Translations under genes and position numbers: made by a program
Source of the DNA: Eledone cirrhosa
Lineage: Eukaryota
DNA length: 64,000 bases
Direction: 5' to 3'
Assembly: GCA_964016885.1 (NCBI GenBank)
Contig: OZ024743.1
Span: forward strand, 245,768,001 to 245,832,000
The notes under the pieces: generated by a model
Database searches by the model: none
Seen by the model: the letters and a program-made list of their open reading frames with translations, nothing else
What the model was told of the DNA's origin: nothing
Part shown: positions 1 to 62,800 of the stretch, one piece after another
Position numbering within the stretch: position 1 is the first letter of the stretch
How the letters are laid out: the number at the start of each line of letters is the position of its first letter

Positions 1-70
1 TTTGCCCAGGTCTTCCTCTATCACAGCTTCCTTCCACTGGCATTACCTAGCATTTCTTCACCCAATGATC
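1..70 (-). mobile_element. RTE-like LINE ORF2 C-terminal fragment
   Basis: Reverse strand reads WVKKC*VMPVEGSCDRGRPG, like the RTE ends at 21170-21421 and 44201-44400. Confidence 0.55.
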
Positions 71-214
71 AACCAAATACATCGGTTCCATTCATTTTGA
101 GCAAAGTTAATTTTTAGCAAAGTTATTTTGAGTGAAACATTAAGAACAAATGGTAATTTCAGCGAAGATTAATTTTAAGCGAAATATATACTATGGTACA
201 TTATTATTATTCAT

Positions 215-625
215 AGTAGGGTGGATTGGCAATATCAGTAGAGGGTCGGACGCTATGCTTTGACGCATAGAGTTACGGCCCTTGCACTTCTGAGTTCGAA
301 TCCCGTTGCTTTCATCCTTACGGGGTCGATAAAATAAAGTACCAGTAATGCACTTGATAATTGCTGGCCTTGTGCCAAAAAGTAGAAACAATTATTATTC
401 GTAGTAATAGTAGAGCATCCGACAACATACTTTGCGGCATATAGTTACGTCCCTTTACATTATCAGTTCAAATCCCACTGAGGTTAGCTTTACCTTTCAT
501 CCTTACAGGGTCGATAAAATAAAGTAACAGTAATGTACTGGGTTGATTTAATCAACTTTCCTCTTACTTTCAAATTGCTAACCTTGTACCCCCCACCCCA
601 CCCCCCAAAGAAGAAACAGTTATCT
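215..625 (+). mobile_element. Two head-to-tail tRNA-derived SINEs (family A)
   Basis: tggattggca head, gagttcgaatc B-box, tttcatccttacggggtcgataaaataaagtaccag core, (ATT)n tail; many copies in window; boundaries approximate. Confidence 0.8.
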
Positions 626-914
626 TCCAAACAAATAAATACTGTATATAAAAGTCAAATATTTTAAACTACACATTTTAGGTTAAATTTAGGGTGGGTG
701 GGCAGATTTAGAATGTTATATAGAATGATTTGCGGTATTCTTTCTAGAATTATTTTTTTCGATTTTAAACATTGCAAATTTTTAGTTCTTTCTACCATAA
801 AATGCGTTGATTTTTAATAAATGTTTTATTTACTTGTTGTGAAGGTGTAACAGTAAATAATACTTTGTCTCACAACGTTCTTCCAGTCACAAACACTCAG
901 ACTGATATGACCCA

Positions 915-1255
915 AAATATATCAGTAGATATATCCCAACAGATGTCAGTAGATATGTCCCAACAGATGTCAGTAGATATGTCAGTAGATATGTCCCAAC
1001 AGATGTCAGTAGATATGTCCCAACAGATATCAGTAGATATGTCCCAACAGATGCTAGTAGATATGTCAGTAGATATGTCAGTAGATATGTCCCAACAGAT
1101 GTCAGTAGATATGTCAGTAGATATGTCAGTAGATATGTCCCAACAGATGTCAGTAGATATGTCCCAACAGATATCAGTAGATATGTCCCAACAGATATCA
1201 GTAGATATGTCCCAACAGATATCAGTAGATATGTCCCAACAGATGCTAGTAGATA
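915..1255. repeat. Minisatellite of two interleaved 12-bp units (GTCAGTAGATAT / GTCCCAACAGAT)
   Basis: Direct reading of the repeat; source of the SVDM/SQQM ORF. Confidence 0.9.
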
Positions 1256-1485
1256 GTTGTTAGCTGCCGAGACACTGCATCCTTTAAAACGCTCATGCTT
1301 CCTGAAATTCGCCAAAACTTCACCTGATGTACCCCTTCCATACACATGCACACATGTGTATATCATGACTCATGCACTGTTCATTTTCCTGACGTTTGTA
1401 CATTACCCTATGTACTACACATACACTTTTTGATGAGTTGTAGTGCACCTGAGCACTGTACACAATATTTCATTATTATTATTAT
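1256..1485 (+). mobile_element. CR1/L2-type LINE 3' end (ORF2 terminus, 3' UTR, (ATT)n tail)
   Basis: VVSCRDTASFKTLMLPEIRQNFT* followed by a UTR and attattatt tail. Confidence 0.6.
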
Positions 1486-2119
1486 GTTCCCTTAACCCAT
1501 TAGGTAACCATAGCACCACTGTCATACATCACATTAAGGACAAGTCCCCCTAGTGAATCTGATAGTTTTCCATGTAAATACCATCGTTGAAATTACACAC
1601 ATAAAGTCTGCCTATATTTTCTATTAAGAGGATGTGGGAGAAATAGGAAGTTGCATTTTCAGAAGACAGTATAAGGTGAAGTGAAATAGCACCAACCAAA
1701 CTAATTATCACCCCTCTTGCCAGAAATGTAACTGCACCAGTTATATTAAACAAATAATTACTATTGTAAATTATTAGCAACACAAATCAAATAAATTAAA
1801 AGAAAATTATACATAATGACAGGAAGTAAAATAGGATAAAAGTGGCACAAACAAAAATGAAACTGGTAAGATTGAAAAAAAAAAAAAGGAATATCAATAA
1901 TTTGGTCCTCCTAAACCACCAAAATGAAAAAGACCCACTTGAACAAGGATTCTTTATCCATACACTCCACTTTTTGTATATATATTTATAATGTATCAAC
2001 TGGGAAATGAAACAGGTTAGCAAGATCTCACCCCCTCCAATCAGGAATAAATACAACAAAGCAAATGAATAAGAGACACTAAAAATCTGGGGCTTTACTG
2101 CTAATAAGAATATACTTAC

Positions 2120-50364
<48,245 letters not shown>

Positions 50365-50469
50365 CTGGAGAAAAATAATATTTCTTGTAGACTGTTAATA
50401 CTTGGGGGCAACAAAGAACATTGTTCAAAGAGAAGTACTATAATGAGTACATATACTAATTATGAACAA

Positions 50470-50790
50470 AGTATTTACTACACAAACAGTAGATTTTACT
50501 AGAGAGTCATAGTACATTTTACTATACAGACACACAGAGTGTATTTTAGTACACAAACACATTAGATTTTAGTACACAGATACACAGACACACAGTGTAT
50601 TGTAGTACACAAACACAGTAGATTTTACTACACAGATACAGATATGGTACATTTTACTACACAGATACACACACATACATACTGTATTTTACTACAGAGA
50701 TACACACACTGTATTTTACTACACAGATACACACAGACACGGTATTTTACTAGACAGATACACACACATGCACTGTATTTTACAACACAA
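50470..50790. repeat. Degenerate ~26-34-bp repeat (acacagtgtattttactacacagat)
   Basis: About 10 variable copies between the exon and the 49-bp satellite. Confidence 0.7.
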
Positions 50791-50843
50791 ACACCATACA
50801 CCATCCTTCCTCTCCCGTCCCGTCCACTGTGTCGATGACACAA

Positions 50844-53800
50844 CAGTCCACACTGTAAAGTGGCCATGTAGGAGACACAGTGAAAAGGCTCCCAGTCCAC
50901 ACAGTAAAGTGGCCATGTATGAGACACAGTGAAAAGGCTCCCAGTCCACACTGTAAAGTGGCCATGTAGGAGACACAGTGAAAAGACTCCCAGTCCACAC
51001 TGTAAGGTAGCCATGTAGGAGACACAGTGAAAAGGCTCCCAGTCCACACAGTAAAGTGGCCATGTATGAGACACAGTGAAAAGGCTCCCAGTCCACACTG
51101 TAAAGTGGCCATGTAGGAGACACAGTGAAAAGACTCCCAGTCCACACTGTAAGGTAGCCATGTAGGAGACACAGTGAAAAGGCTCCCAGTCCACACAGTA
51201 AAGTGGCCATGTATGAGACACAGTGAAAAGGCTCCCAGTCCACACTGTAAAGTGGCCATGTAGGAGACACAGTGAAAAGACTCCCAGTCCACACTGTAAG
51301 GTAGCCATGTAGGAGACACAGTGAAAAGGCTCCCAGTCCACACTGTAAGGTGGCCATGTAGGAGACACAGTGAAAAGGCTCCCAGTCCACACTGTAAAGT
51401 GACCGTGTAGGAGACACAGTGAAAAGACTCCCAGTCCACACTGTAAAGTGGCCGTGTGGGAGACAATGAAAAGGCTCCCAGTCCACACTGTAAAGTGGCC
51501 ATGTAGGAGACACAGTGAAAAGGCTCCCAGTCCACACTATAAAGTGGCCATGTAGGAGACACAGTGAAAAGGCTCCCAGTCCACACTGTAAAGTGGCCAT
51601 GTAGGAGACACAGTGAAAAGACTCCCAGTCCACACTGTAAGGTAGCCATGTAGGAGACACAGTGAAAAGGCTCCCAGGTCACACTGTAAGGTGGCCATGT
51701 AGGAGACACAGTGAAAAGGCTCCCAGTCCACACTGTAAAGTGACCGTGTAGGAGACACAGTGAAAAGACTACCAGTCCACACTGTAAAGTGGTCGTGTGG
51801 GAGACAATGAAAAGGCTCCCAGTCCACACTGTAAAGTGACCATGTAGGAGACACAGTGAAAAGGCTCCCAGTCCACACTATAAAGTGGCCATGTAGGAGA
51901 CACAGTGAAAAGGCTCCCAGTCCACACTGTAAAGTGGCCATGTAGGAGACACAGTGAAAAGACTCCCAGTCCACACTGTAAAGTGGCCATGTAAAAGACA
52001 GTGAAAAGGCTCCCAGTCCACACTGTAAGGTGGCCATGTAGGAGACACAGTGAAAAGGCTCCCAGTCCACACTGTAAAGTGGCCATGTAGGAGACAGTGA
52101 AAAGGCTCCCAGTCCACACTGTAAAGTGGCCCTGTAGGAGACAGTGAAAAGGCTCCCAGTCCACACTGTAAAGTGGCCATGTAGGAGACACAGTGAAAAG
52201 GTTCCCAGTCCACACTGTAAAGTGGCCATGTAGGAGACAACGTGAAAAGACTCCCAGTCCACACTGTAAAGTGGCCATGTAGGAGACAGTGAAAAGGCTC
52301 CCAGTCTACACTGTAAGGTGGCCATGTAGGAGACACAGTGAAAAGGCTCCCAGACCACACTGTAAAGTGGCCATGTAGGAGACAGTGAAAAGACTGCCAG
52401 TCCACACTGTAAAGTGACCGTGTAGGAGACACAGTGAAAAGGTTCCCAGTCCACACTGTAAAGTGGCCATGTAGGAGACAACGTGAAAAGACTCCCAGTC
52501 CACACTGTAAAGTGGCCATGTAGGAGACAGTAAAAAGGCTCCCAGTCTACACTGTAAGGTGGCCATGTAGGAGACACAGTGAAAAGGCTCCCAGACCACA
52601 CTGTAAAGTGGCCATGTAGGAGACAGTGAAAAGACTGCCAGTCCACACTGTAAAGAGGCCATGTAGGAGACACAATGAAAAGGCTCACAATCCACACTGT
52701 AAGGTGGCCATATAGGAGACACAGTGAAAAGGCTCCCAGTCCACACTGTAAAGTGGCCATGTATGAGACACAGTGAAAAGGCTCCCAGTCCACACTGTAA
52801 AGTGGCCATGTATGAGACACAGAGAAAAGGCTCCCAGTTCACACTGTAAAGTGGCCATGTAGGAGACACAGTGAAAAGATTCCCAGTCCACACTGTAAAG
52901 TGGCCATGTAGGAGACAGTGAAAAGACTCCCAGTCCACACTGTAAAGTGACCGTGTAGGAGACACAATGAAAAGGCTCCCAGTCCACACTGTAAAGTGGC
53001 CATGTAGGATACACAGTGAAAAGGCTCACAATCCACACTGTAAGGTGGCCATGTATGAGACACAGTGAAAAGGCTCCCAGTCCACACTGTAAAGAGGCCA
53101 TGTATGAGACACAGTGAAAAGGCTCCCAGTCCACACTGTAAAGTGGCCATGTAGGAGACACAGTGAAAAGACTCCCAGTCCACACTGTAAAGTGGCCATG
53201 TAGGAGACACAGTGAAAAGACTCCGAGTCCATGCTGTAAGGTGGCCATGTATGAGACACAGTGAAAAGGCTCCCAGTCCATGCTGTAAGGTGGCCATGTA
53301 TGAGACACAGTGAAAAGGCTCCCAGTTCACACTGTAAAGTGGCCATGTAGGAGACACAGTGAAAAGGCTCCCAGTCCACACTGTAAAGTGGTCGTGTAGG
53401 AGACAGTGAAAAGACTCCCAGTCCACACTGTAAGGTGGCCATGTAGTATACACAGTGAAAAGGCTCCCAGTCCACACTGTAAGGTGGCCATGTAGGAGAC
53501 ACAGTGAAAAGGCTCCCAGTCCACACTGTAATGTGGCCATGTAGGAGACACAGTGAAAAGACTCCCAGTCCACACTGTAAAGTGACCGTGTAGGAGACAG
53601 TGAAAAGACTCCCAGTCCACACTGTAATGTGGCCATGTAGGAGACACAGTGAAAAGGCTCCCAGTCGAAACTGAAAGGTGGCCATGTAGGAGATACAGTG
53701 AAAAGGCTCCCAGTCCATGCTGTAAGGTGGCCATGCTGGAGACACAGTGAAAACACTCCCAGTCAACACTGTAAAGTGGCCATGTATGAGACACAGTGAA

Positions 53801-56800
53801 AAGGCTCCCAGTCCATGCTGTAAGGTGGCCATGCTGGAGACACAGTGAAAACACTCCCAGTCAACACTGTAAAGTGGCCATGTATGAGACACAGTGAAAA
53901 GGCTCCCAGTCCACACTGTAAAGTGGCCATGTAGGAGACACAGTGAAAAGGCTCCCAGTCCACACTTTAAAGTGGCCATGTAGGAGACACAGTGAAAAGA
54001 TTCCCAGTCCACACTGTAAAGTGGCCATGTAGTAGACACAGTGAAAACGCTCCCAGTCGACACTAAAAGGTGGCCATGTAGGAGACACAGTGAAAAGGCT
54101 CCCAGTTCACACTGTAAAGTGGCCATGTAGGAGAGACAGTGAAAAGGCTCCCAGTCGACACTGAAAGGTGGCCATGTAGGAGACACAGTGAAAAGGCTCC
54201 CAGTCGACACTAAAAGGTGGCCATGTAGTAGACATGGTGAAAAGACTCCCAGTTCACACTGTAATGTGGCCATGTAGGAGACACAGTGAAAAGACTCCCA
54301 GTCCACACTGTAAAGTGACCGTGTAGGAGACAGTGAAAAGACTCCCAGTCCACACTGTAATGTGGCCATGTAGGAGACACAGTGAAAAGGCTCCCAGTCG
54401 ACACTGAAAGGTGGCCATGTAGGAGACACAGTGAAAAGGCTCCCAGGCCACACTGTAAGGTGGCCATATAGGAGACACAGTGAAAAGGCTCCCAGTCCAC
54501 ACTGTAAAGTGGCCATGTAGGAGACACAGTGAAAAGGCTCACAGTCCACACTGTAAAGTGGCCATGTAGGAGACACAGTGAAAAGGCTCCCAGCCCACAC
54601 TGTAAAGTGGCCATGTAGGAGACACAGTGAAAAGGCTCCCAGTCCATACTGTAAAGTGGCCATGTAGGAGACACAGTGAAAAGAATCCCAGTCCATACTG
54701 TAAAGTGGCCATGTAAGAGACAGTGAAAAGGCTCCCAGTTCACACTGTAAAGTGGCCAAGTAGGAGACACAGTGAAAACACTCCCAGTCCACACTGTAAA
54801 GTGGCCATGTATGAGACACAGTGAAAAGGCTCCCAGTCCACACTGTAAAGTGGCCATGTATGAGACACAGTGAAAAGGCTCCCAGTCCACACTGTAAAGT
54901 GACCGTGTAGGAGACACAGTGAAAAGACTCCCAGTCCACACTGTAATGTGGCCAAGTAGGAGACACAGTGAAAACACTCCCAGTCCACACTGTAATGTGG
55001 CCATGTAGGAGACACAGTGAAAAGGCTCCCAGTCCACACTGTAAAGTGGCCGTGTATGAGACACAGTGAAAAGGCTCCCAGTCCACACTGTAAAGTGGCC
55101 ATGTATGAGACACAGTGAAAACACTCCCAGTCCACACTGTAAAGTGGCCATGTAGGAGACACAGTGAAAAGGCTCCCAGTCCACACTGTAAAGTGGCCAT
55201 GTATGAGACACAGTGAAAAGGCTCCCAGTCCACACTGTAAAGTGGCCAAGTAGGAGACACAGTGAAAACACTCCCAGTCCACACTGTAAAGTGGCCATGT
55301 AGGAGACACAGTGAAAAGGCTCCCAGTCCACACTGTAAAGTGGCCATGTATGAGACACAGTGAAAAGGCTCCCAGTCCACACTGTAAAGTGGCCATGTAT
55401 GAGACACAGAAAAGGCTCCCAGTTCACACTGTAAAGTGGCCATGTAGGAGACAGTGAAAAGGCTCCCAGTCGACACTGAAAGGTGGCCATGTAGGAGACA
55501 CAGTGAAAAGGCCCCCAGTCCACACTGTAAAGTGGCCATGTAGGAGACACAGTGAAAAGGCTCCCAGTCCACACTGTAATGTGGCCATGTAGGAGACACA
55601 GTGAAAAGGCTCCCAGCCCACACTGTAAAGTGGTCGTGTAGGAGACACAGTGAAAAGACTCCCAGTCCACACTGGAAAGTGACCGTGTAAGAGACACAAT
55701 GAAAAGGCTCCCAGTCCACACTGTAAGGTGGCCATGTAGGATACACAGTGAAAAGGCTCCCAGTCCACACTGTAAGGTGGCCATGTAGGAGACACAGTGA
55801 AAAGGCTCCCAGTCCACACTGTAATGTGGCCATGTAGGAGACACAGTGAAAAGACTCCCAGTCCACACTGTAAAGTGACCGTGTAGGAGACAGTGAAAAG
55901 ACTCCCAGTCCACACTGTAATGTGGCCATGTAGGAGACACAGTGAAAAGGCTCCCAGTCGACACTGAAAGGTGGCCATGTAGGAGACACAGTGAAAAGGC
56001 TCCCAGGCCACACTGTAAGGTGGCCATATAGGAGACACAGTGAAAAGGCTCCCAGCCCACACTGTAAAGTGGCCATGTAGGAGACACAGTGAAAAGGCTC
56101 CCAGTCCATACTGTAAAGTGGCCATGTAGGAGACACAGTGAAAAGAATCCCAGTCCACACTGTAAAGTGGCCATGTAAGAGACAGTGAAAAGGCTCCCAG
56201 TCCACACTGTAAAGTGGCCAAGTAGGAGACACAGTGAAAACACTCCCAGTCCACACTGTAAAGTGGCCATGTAGGAGACACAGTGAAAAGGCTCCCAGTT
56301 CACACCGTAAAGTGGCCATGTATGAGACACAGTGAAAAGATTCCCAGTCCACACTGTAATGTGGCCATGTAGGAGACACAGTGAAAAGGCTCCCAGACCA
56401 CACTGTAAAGTGGCCATGTAGGAGACACAGTGAAAAGGCTCCCAGTCCACACTGTAAAGTGGCCATGTATGAGACACAGTGAAAAGGCTCCCAGTCCACA
56501 CTGTAAAGTGGCCATGTAGGAGACAGTGAAAAGGCTCCCAGTTCACACTGTAAAGTGGCCATGTAGGAGACACAGTGAAAAGATTCCCAGTCCACACTGT
56601 AAAGTGGCCATGTAGGAGACAGTGAAAAGGCTCCCAGTTGACACTGAAAGGTGCCCATGTAGAAGACACAGTGAAAAGGCCCCCAGTCCACACTGTAAAG
56701 TGGCCATGTAGGAGACACCAGTGAAAAGGCTCCCAGTCCACACTGTAATGTGGCCATGTAGGAGACACAGTGAAAAGGCTCCCAGTCCACACTGTAAAGT

Positions 56801-59800
56801 GGCCATGTAGGAGACACAGTGAAAAGACTCCCAGTCCACACTGTAAAGTGACCGTGTAAGAGACACAATGAAAAGGCTCCCAGTCCACAATGTAAGGTGG
56901 CCATGTAGGATACACAGTGAAAAGGCTCCCAGTCCACACTGTAAGGTGGCCATGTAGGAGACACAGTGAAAAGGCTCCCAGTCCACACTGTAAAGTGACC
57001 GTGTAGGAGACACAGTGAAAAGACTCCCAGTCCACACTGTAATGTGGCCATGTATTAGACACAGTGAAAAGACTCCCAGTCCACACTGTAAAGTGACCGT
57101 GTAGGAGACACAGTGAAAAGACTCCCAGTCCACACTGTAATGTGGCCATGTAGGAGTCACAGTGAAAAGACTCCCAGTCCACACTGTAAAGTGACCGTGT
57201 AGGAGACACAGTGAAAAGACTCCCAGTCCACACTGTAATGTGGCCATGTATGAGACACAGTGAAAAGACTCCCAGTCCACACTGTAATGTGGCCATGTAG
57301 GAGACACAGTGAAAAGGCTCCCAGTCGACACTGAAAGGTGGCCATGTAGGAGACACAGTGAAAAGGCTCCCAGTCCATGCTGTAAGGTGGCCATGTATGA
57401 GACACAGTGAAAAGGCTCCCAGTCCATGCTGTAAGGTGGCCATGCTGGAGACACAGTGAAAACACTCCCAGTCCACACTGTAAAGTGGCCATGTAGGAGA
57501 CACAGTGAAAAGGCTCCCAGTCCACACTGTAAAGTGGCCATGTAGGAGACACAGTGAAAAGGCTCCCAGTCCACACTGTAAAGTGGCCATGTATGAGACA
57601 CAGAGAAAAGGCTCCCAGTCCACACTGTAAAGTGGCCATGTAGGAGACACAGTGAAAAGATTCCCAGTCCACACTGTAAAGTGGCCATGTAGGAGACTGT
57701 GAAAAGGCTCCCAGTCGACACTGAAAGGTGGCCATGTAGGAGACACAGTGAAAAGGCTCCCAGTCCACACTGTAATGTGGCCATGTAGGAGACACAGTGA
57801 AAAGGCTCCCAGTCCACACTGTAAGGTGGCCATATAGGAGACACAGTGAAAAGGCTCACAGTCCACACTGTAAAGTGGCCATGTAGGAGACACAGTGAAA
57901 AGGCTCCCAGTCCACACTGTAAAGTGGCCATGTATGAGACACAGAAAAGGCTCCCAGTTCACACTGTAAAATGGCCATGTAGGAGACACAGTGAAAAGAT
58001 TCCCAGTCCACACTGTAAAGTGGCCGTGTAGGAGACAGTGAAAAGGCTCCCAGTCGACACTGAAAGGTGGCCATGTAGGAGACACAGTGAAAAGGCCCCC
58101 AGTCCAAACTGTAAAGTGGCCATGTAGGAGACACAGTGAAAAGGCTCCCAGTCCACACTGTAAAGTGGTCGTGTAGGAGACACAGTGAAAAGGCTCCCAG
58201 TCCACACTGTAAAGTGGCCATGTAGGAGACACAGTGAAAAGGCTCCCAGTCCACACTGTAAAGTGGCCATGCAGGAGACAGTGAAAAGACTCCCAGTCCA
58301 GACTGTAAGGTGGCCATGTATGAGACACAGTGAAAAGGCTCCCAGTCCACACTGTAAAGTGGCCATGTAGGAGACACAGTGAAAAGACTCCCAGTCCACA
58401 CTGTAAAGTGACCGTGTAAGAGACACAATGAAAAGGCTCCCAGTCCACACTGTAAGGTGGCCATGTAGGATACACAGGGAAAAGGCTCCCAGTCCACACT
58501 GTAAGGTGGCCATGTAGGAGACACAGTGAAAAGGGTCCCAGTCCACACTGTAAAGAGGCCATGTATGAGACACAGTGTAAAGGCTCCCAGTCCACACTGT
58601 AAAGTGGCCATGTAGGAGACACAGTGAAAAGACTCCCAGTCCACACTGTAAAGTGGCCATGTAGGAGACACAGTGAAAAGACTCCGAGTCCATGCTGTAA
58701 GGTGGCCATGTATGAGACACAGTGAAAAGGCTCCCAGTCCATGCTGTAAGGTGGCCATGTATGAGACACAGTGAAAAGGCTCCCAGTTCACACTGTAAAG
58801 TGGCCATGTAGGAGACACAGTGAAAAGGCTCCCAGTCCACACTGTAAAGTGGTCGTGTAGGAGACAGTGAAAAGACTCCCAGTCCACACTGTAAGGTGGC
58901 CATGTAGTATACACAGTGAAAAGGCTCCCAGTCCACACTGTAAGGTGGCCATGTAGGAGACACAGTGAAAAGGCTCCCAGTCCACACTGTAATGTGGCCA
59001 TGTAGGAGACACAGTGAAAAGACTCCCAGTCCACACTGTAAAGTGACCGTGTAGGAGACAGTGAAAAGACTCCCAGTCCACACTGTAATGTGGCCATGTA
59101 GGAGACACAGTGAAAAGGCTCCCAGTCGAAACTGAAAGGTGGCCATGTAGGAGATACAGTGAAAAGGCTCCCAGTCCATGCTGTAAGGTGGCCATGCTGG
59201 AGACACAGTGAAAACACTCCCAGTCAACACTGTAAAGTGGCCATGTATGAGACACAGTGAAAAGGCTCCCAGTCCATGCTGTAAGGTGGCCATGCTGGAG
59301 ACACAGTGAAAACACTCCCAGTCAACACTGTAAAGTGGCCATGTATGAGACACAGTGAAAAGGCTCCCAGTCCACACTGTAAAGTGGCCATGTAGGAGAC
59401 ACAGTGAAAAGGCTCCCAGTCCACACTTTAAAGTGGCCATGTAGGAGACACAGTGAAAAGATTCCCAGTCCACACTGTAAAGTGGCCATGTAGGAGACAC
59501 AGTGAAAAGGCTCCCAGTCGACACTAAAAGGTGGCCATGTAGGAGACACAGTGAAAAGGCTCCCAGTTCACACTGTAAAGTGGCCATGTAGGAGAGACAG
59601 TGAAAAGGCTCCCAGTCGACACTGAAAGGTGGCCATGTAGGAGACACAGTGAAAAGGCTCCCAGTCGACACTAAAAGGTGGCCATGTAGTAGACATGGTG
59701 AAAAGACTCCCAGTTCACACTGTAATGTGGCCATGTAGGAGACACAGTGAAAAGACTCCCAGTCCACACTGTAAAGTGACCGTGTAGGAGACAGTGAAAA

Positions 59801-62800
59801 GACTCCCAGTCCACACTGTAATGTGGCCATGTAGGAGACACAGTGAAAAGGCTCCCAGTCGACACTGAAAGGTGGCCATGTAGGAGACACAGTGAAAAGG
59901 CTCCCAGGCCACACTGTAAGGTGGCCATATAGGAGACACAGTGAAAAGGCTCCCAGTCTACACTGTAAAGTGGCCATGTAGGAGACACAGTGAAAAGGCT
60001 CACAGTCCACACTGTAAAGTGGCCATGTAGGAGACACAGTGAAAAGGCTCCCAGCCCACACTGTAAAGTGGCCATGTAGGAGACACAGTGAAAAGGCTCC
60101 CAGTCCATACTGTAAAGTGGCCATGTAGGAGACACAGTGAAAAGAATCCCAGTCCATACTGTAAAGTGGCCATGTAAGAGACAGTGAAAAGGCTCCCAGT
60201 TCACACTGTAAAGTGGCCAAGTAGGAGACACAGTGAAAACACTCCCAGTCCACACTGTAAAGTGGCCATGTATGAGACACAGTGAAAAGGCTCCCAGTCC
60301 ACACTGTAAAGTGGCCATGTATGAGACACAGAAAAGGCCCCCAGTTCACACTGTAAAGTGGCCATGTAGGAGACACAGTGAAAAGATTCCCAGTCCACAC
60401 TGTAAAGTGGCCATGTAGGAGACAGTGAAAAGGCTCCCAGTCGACACTGAAAGGTGGTCATGTAGGAGACACAGTGAAAAGGCCCCCAGTCCACACTGTA
60501 AAGTGGCCATGTAGGAGACACAGTGAAAAGGCTCCCAGTCCACACTGTAAAGTGACCGTGTAGGAGACACAGTGAAAAGACTCCCAGTCCACACTGTAAT
60601 GTGGCCAAGTAGGAGACACAGTGAAAACACTCCCAGTCCACACTGTAATGTGGCCATGTAGGAGACACAGTGAAAAGGCTCCCAGTCCACGCTGTAAAGA
60701 GGCCGTGTATGAGACACAGTGAAAAGGCTCCCAGTCCACACTGTAAAGTGGCCATGTATGAGACACAGTGAAAAGACTCCCAGTCCACACTGTAAAGTGG
60801 CCATGTAGGAGACACAGTGAAAAGGCTCCCAGTCCACACTGTAAAGTGGCCATGTATGAGACACAGTGAAAAGGCTCCCAGTCCACACTGTAAAGTGGCC
60901 AAGTAGTAGACACAGTGAAAACACTCCCAGTCCACACTGTAATGTGGCCATGTAGGAGACACAGTGAAAAGGCTCCCAGTCCACACTGTAAAGTGGCCAT
61001 GTATGAGACACAGTGAAAAGGCTCCCAGTCCACACTGTAAAGTGGCCATGTATGAGACACAGAAAAGGCTCCCAGTTCACACTGTAAAGTGGCCATGTAG
61101 GAGACAGTGAAAAGGCTCCCAGTCGACACTGAAAGGTGGCCATGTAGGAGACACAGTGAAAAGGCCCCCAGTCCACACTGTAATGTGGCCATGTAGGAGA
61201 CACAGTGAAAAGGCTCCCAGTCCACACTGTAATGTGGCCATGTAGGAGACACAGTGAAAAGGCTCCCAGCCCACACTGTAAAGTGGTCGTGTAGGAGACA
61301 CAGTGAAAAGACTCCCAGTCCACACTGGAAAGTGACCGTGTAAGAGACACAATGAAAAGGCTCCCAGTCCACACTGTAAGGTGGCCATGTAGGATACACA
61401 GTGAAAAGGCTCCCAGTCCACACTGTAAGGTGGCCATGTAGGAGACACAGTGAAAAGGCTCCCAGTCCACACTGTAATGTGGCCATGTAGGAGACACAGT
61501 GAAAAGACTCCCAGTCCACACTGTAAAGTGACCGTGTAGGAGACAGTGAAAAGACTCCCAGTCCACACTGTAATGTGGCCATGTAGGAGACACAGTGAAA
61601 AGGCTCCCAGTCGACACTGAAAGGTGGCCATGTAGGAGACACAGTGAAAAGACTCCCAGTCCACACTGTAAAGTGACCGTGTAGGAGACAGTGAAAAGAC
61701 TCCCAGTCCACACTGTAATGTGGCCATGTAGGAGACACAGTGAAAAGGCTCCCAGTCGACACTGAAAGGTGGCCATGTAGGAGACACAGTGAAAAGGCTC
61801 CCAGGCCACACTGTAAGGTGGCCATATAGGAGACACAGTGAAAAGGCTCCCAGCCCACACTGTAAAGTGGCCATGTAGGAGACACAGTGAAAAGGCTCCC
61901 AGTCCATACTGTAAAGTGGCCATGTAGGAGACACAGTGAAAAGAATCCCAGTCCACACTGTAAAGTGGCCATGTAAGAGACAGTGAAAAGGCTCCCAGTC
62001 CACACTGTAAAGTGGCCAAGTAGGAGACACAGTGAAAACACTCCCAGTCCACACTGTAAAGTGGCCATGTAGGAGACACAGTGAAAAGGCTCCCAGTTCA
62101 CACCGTAAAGTGGCCATGTATGAGACACAGTGAAAAGATTCCCAGTCCACACTGTAATGTGGCCATGTAGGAGACACAGTGAAAAGGCTCCCAGACCACA
62201 CTGTAAAGTGGCCATGTAGGAGACACAGTGAAAAGGCTCCCAGTCCACACTGTAAAGTGGCCATGTATGAGACACAGTGAAAAGGCTCCCAGTCCACACT
62301 GTAAAGTGGCCATGTAGGAGACAGTGAAAAGGCTCCCAGTTCACACTGTAAAGTGGCCATGTAGGAGACACAGTGAAAAGATTCCCAGTCCACACTGTAA
62401 AGTGGCCATGTAGGAGACAGTGAAAAGGCTCCCAGTTGACACTGAAAGGTGCCCATGTAGGAGACACAGTGAAAAGGCCCCCAGTCCACACTGTAAAGTG
62501 GCCATGTAGGAGACACCAGTGAAAAGGCTCCCAGTCCACACTGTAATGTGGCCATGTAGGAGACACAGTGAAAAGGCTCCCAGTCCACACTGTAAAGTGG
62601 CCATGTAGGAGACACAGTGAAAAGACTCCCAGTCCACACTGTAAAGTGACCGTGTAAGAGACACAATGAAAAGGCTCCCAGTCCACAATGTAAGGTGGCC
62701 ATGTAGGATACACAGTGAAAAGGCTCCCAGTCCACACTGTAATGTGGCCATGTAGGAGACACAGTGAAAAGACTCCCAGTCCACACTGTAAAGTGACCGT

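Noticed and set aside
865-1366. SVDMSQQM repeat protein ORFs on both strands
   Set aside because: Produced by a 12-bp minisatellite; non-ATG start on the plus strand and no splice or homology support.
1-2119. Next CCP1 exon carrying the third zinc ligand (DxHGHS)
   Set aside because: No such coding segment was found on the minus strand; it must lie beyond the window start.
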